From Nymphaea colorata (Eukaryota), in assembly GCF_008831285.2 (NCBI RefSeq), contig NC_045138.2, forward strand, positions 1,922,001-1,986,000: a stretch of 64,000 bases of DNA, written 5' to 3'. Position numbers and translations under genes: made by a program. Positions 10,565-20,642 of this stretch are shown one piece after another (positions within the stretch are counted from its first letter, which is position 1; each line of letters opens with the position of its first letter). Under the pieces are notes generated by a model. The model saw nothing but the letters and a program-made list of their open reading frames with translations, ran no database searches and had not been told where the DNA came from.

Positions 10565-13500
10565 TCCCCCCGCAAGCTCAATGCTCCAACAATGAGATTG
10601 AGCTTGTTAATTATTTGATAATGGTGCTGCTTACTAAGTGGCTTAGTTAAAATATCAACAACCTGATCTTTGGAACAGATGTACTGAATTTTCAAATCTC
10701 CTTTAGCAAATTTTTCTCGAACAAAATGAAGGTCAATCTCTTTGTGTTTGCTGCGACTATGATACACAGGATGAGCTGCAAGATAGGTTGCGCCGATGTT
10801 GTCGCACCATAATATGGGAGGTTGTGATTGATCAACACAAAGTTCTTTTAATAAAAATTATAACCACATGATTTCAGCAGTAGTATTGGCAATGGATCGA
10901 TACTCAGCCTCAGTGCTAGAACGAGAGACAACTGACTGCTTTTTAGCACTCCATGAAACTAGATTGGATCCAATAAACACTGCATATCCTCCTGTAGAGC
11001 GTCTATCATCAAGACATCCTGCCCAATCTGCATCACTGTAAGCATTAATATTTAAAACTGAACTAGGTCTAATAACAAGGCCATAATCAATAGTGTGCTT
11101 CAAATATCTTAGGATTCTCTTTACGGCATCCCAATGGGCATCAGTAGGATGATGCATGTATTGACAAACTTTGTTGACAACATAAGAGATGTCTGGACGA
11201 GTCACAGTAGAGTATTGAAGAGCGCCAACAATGCTGCGATAAAGAGTTGGATCATAAAAATTTGATCCAGTTTGAGCAGATAAAGCAGGGGAGCATGCCA
11301 TGAGAGTTGAAACTCCCTTAGCTCCAAGCATATTTGTTCTTTTGAGAAGCTCGAATATATATTTCCTTTGAGACAATATTAGTTTATTGTCAATTCTTTT
11401 TGCTTCTATGCCCAAAAAGAAATGAAGCTCACCCAGATCTTTAATGGCAAACTCACTTTTGAATTGACAAATAATTTTATGAATATATTCTGGTGACCTT
11501 CCTGTTATGATCATGTCATCCATGTATACCAAAACATATAGAAATATTTCTCTTTTTCTCAAAATGAAAAGAGATGAATCTGTTTGAGCCCCTTTAAAAC
11601 CAAGATTTTGGAGGAATAGACTAAGACGGGCAAACCATACCCTAGGAGCCTGTTTTAAACCATGTAAAGCACGTTCAAGCTTGCATACATGATTTGGGAA
11701 AGAATGATTTTGAAATCTGGGTGGTTGAGCCATATAAACTTCTTCTGAAATAGATCTATATAGGAATGCATTTTGAATATCCAGCTGATGTATTTTCCAT
11801 TTGTGACTAATAGAAATAGTCAATACTGTCCGAATTGTAGTAGGCTTCACAACAGGGCTGAAGGTTTCAGTATAGTCAATTCCTTCTTTTTGACTATATC
11901 CCTTAGCGACGAGTCTAGCCTTGTATCTTTCCAATGATCCATCTGCCTTTCCCTTGATTTTGAACACCCATTTACATCCTACAATGTGTTTGGCTTCTTT
12001 TTTTGGAACAAGTTTCCAAGTATTGTTTCGAATAAGAGCATCATATTCTTCTTGCATGGCCTTCCTCCAATTTTCATCTTCAGATGCTTCCTTGAAACTT
12101 GAGGGTTCTTTGTCTTCAAGAAGAGTGGAGACAAGAGCTCTTGGAAGAGAGTGTTTGCTAGAAAAATATGTATGGAACTCATTGTATTTAGAATTAGGTT
12201 TGAAGATTCCCACTTGAGATCTAGTAGTCATAGGATGGACTCGTTCTTGATTTGGTTCATTTTCATTGGATTGGGTAAGCTCCTCATTTCCAAGAGTTTC
12301 AGGTTGAGATTCACTATTTGTTTCAGACTGAAGTAAGGGTTCCTCTGAAGTTGTGGAGGTACTAGATGATGGTATTGTAGGGTTTGAGAACTGATATTCA
12401 TGAGGGGAGGTTAAAATTATAGCTTGGTTTTGAGTTTCTAGATCTTGAGTTCTAGTTTCTTGAGTATCAATAAAAAGAAATTTTTTCTCATTAAATTGGA
12501 CATGTCTCGAAATATAGATTTTATGGGTTCGCACACCCAAACAATAATATCATTTATGTTGAGGAGCATAACCCAAGAAAACACATCTTTCAGAACAGTA
12601 ATCTAATTTATTTTTCTAATAAGCTCTTAAACAAGGAAAGCATTCACATCCAAAGATTTTGAGGAAGCCACAGTCAGGTTTCTCTTTGAACAATTTTTTC
12701 AAAGGAGAAGCAAAATCAAGAATCTTGGTTGGCATTCGGTTAATCAAATATACAGCAGTACAAAAAGCATATGACCAAAAGTTCTTGGGAATATTACTTT
12801 CTGCCATTAGAGATAAACCTGTTTCAACAATATGTTTATGTCTCCTTTCAGCTGCTCCATTTTGTTCAGGGGTATGAGGACATGATATTCTATGTCTAAT
12901 CCCATTACCGACAAGATATGATTGAAGCCCTTGAAATTCTCCTCCCCAATCTGAGTGAAAATATTTTATCTTGTGCCCAGTGAAATTTTCAGAAAGTGCC
13001 TTGAAAGCTTTAAAAACATGACTGACATCTGATTTTTTTTTTCATCAAATAAATCCAAGTATATCTTGAAAAGGCATCCATAAAAATCACATAGTACTTA
13101 AAACCATTCACACTCTCTACTGGGGCTGGACCCCATACATCAGAATAAATGAGTTCAAGCGGGCGTTTCACCTTACTTGAAATAGCATTAAATGGAAGTT
13201 TATGACTCTTAGCCTTTTGACAAGCTTCACACAAATAATTTAAACAATCATCATAATATGACAAATCACACTAGTTCAAAACCTTCTTAACAATGGAAAA
13301 TGAAGGGTGACCAAGTCTTTTGTGCCACTGCCCAATAGTATGTCTTTCTCCAAGTTGTGCTTCCTTTTTTCTGCTACTAAGGTCTATCTTATATAGCCCA
13401 TCACTGTTCGTTCCTTGATGAAGAATTTTTCTCGTTCCCTGCTGCTTAACATAGCACATATTAGGATGAAACTCAAAATAGACTCCATTATCCTTAGAAA

Positions 13501-14646
13501 AACGTTGTACAGATAACAAGTTTCTTGTTATTTTGGGCACATGAAGGAGATCATTTAAAACTAAATTTTGAGATGTCTTTGAAGAACCAATATGAAAAAT
13601 TCTCAAACCTGATCCATCTCCGATTTTTACTGCATCTCCACCTTTGTATTTGGCATGAATGGACAAGTTATTGATATCATTGGTGATGTGATGAGTCGCA
13701 CCGAAGTCAGGATACCAATTGTCATCTCCAATGTCTTGATTCAGAGTGCTAGAAGAAACTGAATGCTATGCTACCAACAAAATTTTGCAATATGACCAAC
13801 TTTTCCACATATTTGGCACACAAAACGATCACCTTTGTATTGATCACTTTTCCGGACTCCTCCACTAGATTGATAGTTGTTTCTACCACGACCTCTATAG
13901 TTGGTTTGCTTGTTGTAAACTTGTTTTGAGGCAATATTCGCAGCCGGCATAATAGATTCAAAAGTTTGAGAATCATCTTCTTTTAAGTTGGCTTCTTGTA
14001 TGAGAAGAAGCCCATGAAGTTCGTTCAAAGAGACAGGGTCCTTTCGAGTTTTCATACTGACTTTAAAAGCAAGATATTCACTTGGCAATCCTCTAAGAAT
14101 TTGAAGAACAAGATCATCTTCATCAACAGGTTTGGATGCAATGGCTAATTGATGAGCAATAGATTTTGCTTTGTTTATATAAACATCCATAGAACTAGAT
14201 CCCTTTTTCAAATCTTGAAACTGTGATTTTAACTGCATTATTCGAGCCCTAGATTGAGTGGCATATGACTGCCTAAGAGCGCTCCAAACCTCTAGAGAGG
14301 TTTTTAAGCCAATAATTTGGGTATGTATTGCTTCAGATAGAGAGGACTTAATCCAACTCAAAAGTAGTTGATCATTTCTCAACCATTCAATATATTCTGA
14401 ACTAATTTCAGTTGTTCCACTTCTAAACATTGACGGAGCAGGTTTGCTTCCATCAATATATCCCATAAGACCAAATGAGATCAAAATTGAAGTGAATTGA
14501 GATTCCCAAATAAGATAATTTTCAGCATTTAACTTGATGTTGAGGAAATGCTGTAAATTGCTTGGGCACTGAAGAGGAGAAGCAAGAAAATTCATACCCG
14601 TATCAGAGTTGACTCCTGTATTTGATGATGCTTCTTGATTTGCCAT
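10318..14646 (-). pseudogene. copia gag-pol polyprotein, disrupted
   Basis: Gag starts at ATG 14646 (MANQEASS). Protease WYPDFGATHH, integrase YSDVWGPAP, RT YMDD, RNase H SDADWAGC. In-frame stops at 13771, 13271, 12616 and 10858, and a frameshift in the homopolymer run near 13033-13042. Confidence 0.9.
10355..10525. repeat. 7 x 24-bp tandem array in LTR U3
   Basis: CATGACTTTTCAT core (with variants) at 10361, 10385, 10409, 10433, 10457, 10481 and 10505. The same array is at ~14886-15055. Confidence 0.95.
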
Positions 14647-14726
14647 GAGAATGAAACGCGGCAACACAAGATGTAATCCTTAGGATCTAGCAGCAACACT
14701 AACAAGGACCAGTGGCTCTGATACCA

Positions 14727-15094
14727 TGTAAGAAATCAAAATGAAAAAATAATTAAAGGGACATAAATTTTTAAAGTGGTTCAGCCAATAGGCCTACGTC
14801 CACTACTCTATCATTTCTTGCTTGCCTTCTTTTGGTGGAGAAGCTCATTTATATAGGGGAGTTACATAAGGGGTCTCTAGTTCCCAAGAGACTGACTTTT
14901 CATCTTTCAACATACATGACTTTTCATCCCTCAAGAGACATGACTTTTCATCTCTCAAGAGACATGTCTTTTCATTTCCTAAGAGACATGACTTTTCATC
15001 TTCCAACAGACATGACTTTTTATCTCTCAAAAGATATGACTTTTCATCTCCCAAGTAATACACATTGAGAGCCTTCTTGGTGTTTCTGTTAACA
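14727..15094 (-). repeat. 5' LTR (368 bp) of the second copia element
   Basis: Directly followed on the minus strand by the iMet PBS; TG...CA termini. Confidence 0.97.
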
Positions 15095-15120
15095 GCCCAC
15101 ACTCCCCCCAAGCATTTGCC

Positions 15121-15639
15121 ATGAAAGAGACCCTCGACCTCTGCGAATCGCCCGCCATTAAAGGGGAGACGAGGTTCTGCGCCACCTCCCTGGAGTCCAT
15201 GGTCGACTTCACCACCACCCAGCTTGGAACCAACAGCCTCAACGTCCTCTCCACCTTGGTTCACCAAGAGAAGAGGAGCAAGCAGCAGCTTGACCAGTCA
15301 TTTGTGGTTCAGCCTGGGATTGTAAAGATGGAGTCCCCTGCTGCAGTGGCGTGCCACAGCAAGCTGTATCCTTACGCAGTCTTCTACTGTCACAAGACCA
15401 TGGATTCCAGGAGCTACATAGTTCCATTAATGGCGGAAGAAGATGGGAGCAGCGCAGCGGTTGTGTGCCACGACGATACATCGCATTGGGACCCTAGACA
15501 TGCCATCTTTAAGATGCTAGGAGTGGAGCCTGGGACTAAACCCATCTGCCATTTCCTTCCTCCCCACCATTTTCTGTGGGTCTCGAAGCAGCAGCCATGG
15601 CTGCCCACTTCGAAGAATATTAGCTTACTAGCTAGCTAG
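15121..15639 (+). CDS. C-terminal BURP-domain ORF (172 aa), the downstream half of the split gene
   Basis: GETRFCATSLESMVDF, all four CH motifs and the conserved W are present. ATG context is GCCATGA. Independent expression is unproven. Confidence 0.6.
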   Translation: MKETLDLCESPAIKGETRFCATSLESMVDFTTTQLGTNSLNVLSTLVHQEKRSKQQLDQSFVVQPGIVKMESPAAVACHSKLYPYAVFYCHKTMDSRSYIVPLMAEEDGSSAAVVCHDDTSHWDPRHAIFKMLGVEPGTKPICHFLPPHHFLWVSKQQPWLPTSKNISLLAS

Positions 15640-18165
15640 TTGCAGATAGTGGTGATGGGGAGAAGGTTACTCTTTCATATTTGCTTCGTTGTGCACAAAG
15701 ATTTGGGCTCCTGATCTTGTTATGGTCTTGGTGTGTTTGGTTATTGTGTGTCTCTAGCTTTGGTGGATGGTTGTTGATCCATAATATTTTGCTGCTTGGA
15801 TTTGGATTTTGCAAGTTGAATTTCATACACGTTAGGAAAGGGATTGAAGAAATTAACTTATTATTTTTTTGAGTAAATTCATGAAATATCCACAAAGTTG
15901 AGATACCTCGTGAATGTTTCATAAATCTACCTCAATTACTGGAGTGGATTCATGGAACATTAAAACTACGTGTCCATAAATATATCTAAATCTTTTGAGT
16001 AAATTCATGAAATGTCCACAAAGTGTTTCATTTGTTAAACTACTTCTAAGTGTATTTAAATGACCTTGAAGGTTTTTTGTTGCGCGAGGGATGAAAACTC
16101 TCGGCGGCCTAAGGCAGTGTAAAACTAGGATAGTGTATGGCCCCATCCTTCTTTCAAAACATATATTAAGTTACTCATCTTCTTACATAAACAATATTTT
16201 TGAATAATAGAAAATAAATTGCTCTTGTAACGTCAACATTTTTAAATTATGTATATAAACACATTAATTAGAATGTTTGCATTTTGTTAAAAAAAACACT
16301 TTTAACACAAATTTAAGAGGTCTGGTTTTTATCTCTTACTCATCTGTTTTCAGATTATTAAAAAAGACATTATTAAATTGAAAAAAAAAACTAACTTCAT
16401 ATATGTTTCTTACCAAATTATTCTTAACATCAATAAGGTTAGATTGCAAAAGAAAAATGTTTTAATCATTAATTTTAATGAGTCTAGTTTTTTGTCTGTT
16501 ATCTAAGTAGTCTTGGGTACATAGATATTGTGAAGAGGCCAAAACCTCTCTTTGCTTCCCTCTGTTCCTGTGGTTAAGAGAAAACTAAGAGTACCGTTTG
16601 CAGTTTACAAAAATAACATAACATTGACGAGAATCGAACTAATGACTAAACTTTTATGGGCTTCTTAATTCTAACTGCTATGGTAGGCTCATTAGGGCTA
16701 ATAATAACATTGGGGTCAACAATGAGTTTTACTTGTCAATTGAATCCGGTCCAAGTTCTTTACATTCAAATTCAGGATGCAAAGTTTGTGATCCAGGATA
16801 GTGTTTCTTGGAAATTTGGTTGTTTTGGATATTTCAAGATCTTGTTTGTAACGTCTCTAAGGAGAGTTCTGAACCCAAAACGAGGCCGTAAAGGGTTGGA
16901 TATGACCCGAAAGTCCAATTATTGTTATCACTTATCAGATCTGCTTAGAAAGAAAGAGAGGTCTAAAAAGCCATTCAGCGCGGACCCTACAATGAACACT
17001 GGGACCCGTTACGGTTACAAAATTGACATCAAAATTAACGTGGGGTTGAAGGCATGCTGCATGCTTGTTCATTAAGATTCACAATTTTCAACAAATAAAG
17101 CGCAAAAATGATGATTTATTGTATATGAAAACCTTTCTTTTTAGCAGGGAAGCCTTCTCGATAGGATCTGGACCTGGTTTTGGTAGAGGAGCTTCTTAGA
17201 TGAAATTGAATCTGGATTTCACGATTTTTTAAGTTCTCAGAAAGGCTTAATAAGAAAAAGTTTAAAATATACAACTTTAACATATAAACATATATTTGTA
17301 ATGAAAAATGTATAAATATATAATAAAAATATTTTTATTTGTATTTTCAGCGCGGCCCAAGAAGTCGTCCGGGCCTCGGCCTGGCCGGAAAAGTTGCCGG
17401 ACCAGACCGAGTACCCGTCGAAGCAAAAATTCGACTTTTTAAAGTGTGATTATATGTTGTTCATAGAATCACACTTCATCTAGTGTTCAATTGATTGAAT
17501 GTTTATAGTTTTCATATGTGTAGTAAAAAACGGTTGGAATCGAATCGGTGAAGCTACCGATTTGGTGAATCAATTGACTCGTGTGAATCGGTTCATTCAT
17601 CTGAACTAGTTGTGAATTGACAAAAAAAGGTTAAAATTTTATTAATTGTAAAATTAAAATGGAATATTTACAATTAAAAGTATTTAAAATAAATTTAAAA
17701 ATAGTTATAAGATATATCATGTAATTAGGTCTGATATAAAATTGAAAAAAGTTGAATGGTAGTTTTAGTTTTTTAAATTCACCCCGTCACTTAATTAAAT
17801 AATCTTATTCAGTATGATAGACAATTGGACCTATATTTTCATTGTCTAATATTAGTCAACACCTTTTTTTTCATTGTTTTTTTTCTCAACTATCTATTTT
17901 GTTTTAAATAAACTATTCTGATTAAATAGCTAGGTGACTCTTGACAGCTAGAGTCATTATTCATTTACTTTACTTGCAAAACTAAGACCACATTTGGATG
18001 ACACAAAAAAAAAGTAATTTTGTGAAAATCGGACTTTATTAAAAATTGATTTTAAATCAACTTTTGAAACTCGACTTTAGGTGATACACATATTTTATAT
18101 AGAAAGCCCGGGGTGGGTTAGGTTATTCAAGTATGAGTTTTAATTGTACTTTAAGCACACCTTAA

Positions 18166-18298
18166 GAGCTGTTTGACAACCGTAATAGTATGTTGTTATT
18201 CAACATGATTGTTCAAATATTTGAGGTAAATTCATGAATTACTAATGTATTATCATTCAAATAAACACACAACATACTATTATTGTTATCAAATGCTT
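18166..18298. mobile_element. small Tourist-like MITE
   Basis: Long terminal inverted match: GTTTGACAACCGTAATAGTATGTTGT versus ACAACATACTATTATTGTTATCAAATGC. Confidence 0.55.
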
Positions 18299-18302
18299 AT
18301 TT

Positions 18303-18504
18303 AGGGGACGTTTGATATACTTAAAATAATGAAATTTTACAATTAAAATGTTAAATTTATAAGAAATTAAAAACATTAAACAAACGAGGTATTTTGCTTT
18401 CAAAATTCAAGGAATTCATAAAGTTGATTTCATAATTTGAAGAGGAATTATGATTCTGAAATTTTTTATTTTTGAATCAAAGTTTCAAACCATCATACAC
18501 CCCT
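18303..18504. mobile_element. Tourist-like MITE with a related copy at ~56494-56692
   Basis: Ends GGGGACGTTTGAT...ATCATACACCCC. The interior resembles 56494-56692 (CGTTTGATATACT...TTTCAAACCATCA). Confidence 0.55.
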
Positions 18505-18740
18505 ATACGTAACAATTTATCTTTAATACGCCGATTGGGAGTGTAATTCAAACGCACGATAAGATATCTACGACTTCGAAGACGACAGCCTTTAGCCTGA
18601 GGGACTTATTTGAGAGTTATTAATAAAACGGAGACCGTCATGAGAATTCAGGGATTATTATCTTTCAAGTTTTGTTGACCTCTCAGTTGGATTTATTTAC
18701 GAAGATACCCGTCGAGGGGCCGCGGGCTCGGTCTCCCGGG

Positions 18741-18940
18741 CTTTATAAAAGCAGAGAACGCAGTCGCTGGTTTCATTTCCCCCTTGACTCCCCTGTCTTT
18801 TTCCCTTTTCGTTGTGCGCAGTCGCGGAGGAACGAGATTGAACACGAGGAGAATCCGAGAGACGAGGCGGCAAGGTCCGTAGTGCTCATCTTACTCAATT
18901 GGTCTATGGGTTTCCATTTGCGATTCTGCTGAAACCCTAA
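18741..18940 (+). promoter_or_regulatory. HDC1 core promoter and non-coding first exon
   Basis: TTTATAAAA near 18742, GC-rich leader, candidate donor AAG|GTCC at 18875, telo-box AAACCCTAA at 18932-18940, and a matching acceptor TTTTTCTCAG at 20516. Confidence 0.5.
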
Positions 18941-20259
18941 TTGCTCTTATTAGTCCTTCTGATCTTCTGAAGAATGTTTTTGCCCAGCAGTGGATAGATC
19001 TTGGAAATTTAGGCTCCTCTCTGGTTGTAGAGCGTTAATTTTGGTACTTTTGTGGAGAGCTTTCGGTGGATTTCTTGCTGCAAGATTTTGCTTTCTCTTA
19101 AACTCCCGGTTCTTTTTTTTTGAATCATGGGATTATATTTCGGTTTCTTATTTCCACTGTTAAAGTTTTTGACTTCACTCCCATTCTCCATCCATTGTTA
19201 TTGCATCATTTGGAGTTGGTTCTCTCTCTCTCTCTCTCTCTCTCGTTCGCTCGCTCGCTCATCCCCCCTTAGCTGGTGTGCGGGAGCATCAAGAGAAGAA
19301 AACCATTGCTTCGTAGGGATTAACAATTCTTATGAGCTGCATGGGTAGAGACAGCGTTGCGCCTTGGCTTTTTCATTTCTTCTGTAAGTTTGTTCTCTCA
19401 GTTTGTTACGACATTCAGGTTACTTTTAGGGGACAGTGTTGAGATGAACATAGGGAAATCAATTTCATGTCTTACGAACAAAATCATGGTTCGGAGCATA
19501 TCCGACTGGTTGGCTTTTGTCTTTTACTGGAAGAGTCTATCTTCCCAGTTGTTATTATTCTTTTCCAGTTCTCAAAAACATACTTTTTCGTTCTTCAGCT
19601 TCCCATGGGCGTGAAAATTAGTCGCTAGAACCCGAGCTTTAAGATGTTCCCCATTGTATTTAGATGGCTATACGATTTTGATAAGATGAAGAATATTGAT
19701 GGTTTCCGAGTCAAAAAAATCACCGATATTTCAGTTTGATGACTATATGAATTCGATAAGATGGAGAATTTATTTATGTTCTCCAAATCTGGTTTATCAC
19801 TGAGAAATCTCTGTTCTCCTTTCTTTGTATTCTTCCTTTCTTTCCAAATATATCGTTGCTGGCTGCTGAAAAGATATTCTCCGTTTAGTTATGTGGAATT
19901 GTTTTAAAGGAACATGAAAGGATGATTGTCTCCATTGGCTGTGTTTTCCGATATTTAGCATGCCGGAATAAGTTAAAAAATAGGAATATAAGATTTTTCA
20001 TAAAAATGTATTTAGACTTTAATTAATAATTATATATTTGGAAATTGAATTGGGTAAGAAAGAAGTTTAGTGGTGCCCCTCAGTATTTAGGTTATTGATG
20101 TGAATGGTCAACTGCACATTGGGAACTTATGTGAATGCCTGATGGCTGGGAGAGGGATGCTAAATAAGAGGTTGTAGGTAAAAAATCACCTGTAGTAGGA
20201 AACCTGTTGGATTTTTTTTTTCAGTATAAGGTAGTGAAATGAGATGGATCCTTAATCCC

Positions 20260-20314
<55 letters not shown>

Positions 20315-20642
20315 CCCCCCCCCACCACCAAAATAAATATTTCAAGCATTTTGTTGCAATATCTGTTATTTGCTCTTGTTCTGCTACCTTTGGATTATTT
20401 TCTTGTAGATCTTTGGAAGATTTTGTATGAATAATAATATTATTATAATATTAATGGGAACTTGGGCATCATATTCAACTAAGACATTATTTTGTACTGT
20501 TATGCTTTTTTCTCAGGTTCTTGATGCAACAAGAAATGTAATTTTGTTTGCGTGAACACTTATCAAATGCTCCTTTTGTTGAAAGTGGAACTTAGTGATT
20601 CTTGTTTTTTTGGGAGTTGGTGTATTATAGAGTCCAAGAACC

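Larger units (their letters stand above)
10196..15094 (-). mobile_element. full-length Ty1/copia LTR retrotransposon (4899 bp), antisense within BURP exon 3
   Basis: Two near-identical TG...CA LTRs; 5-bp TSD GCCCA (10191-10195, 15095-15099); tRNA-iMet PBS TGGTATCAGAGCC (minus, 14726-14714); PPT next to 10565. Gag with CQICGKVGHIAKFC zinc knuckle, then PR, INT, RT and RH in copia order. Confidence 0.98.
8607..15639 (+). pseudogene. RD22-like secreted BURP-domain protein gene interrupted by an LTR retrotransposon (320 aa when reconstructed)
   Basis: Exon 8607-8645 (MLKLILLLLLVPL, signal-peptide-like), exon 9253-9358 (YWKSVLPNTFM, RD22-type N-terminal motif) and exon 9918-10195 + 15100-15639, with GT-AG introns. 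The BURP domain starts at LFFLEKDL and has CH-x10-CH-x24-CH-x25-CH-x8-W. Removing the TE plus one TSD copy gives 963 nt in one frame with no internal stop. Confidence 0.92.
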
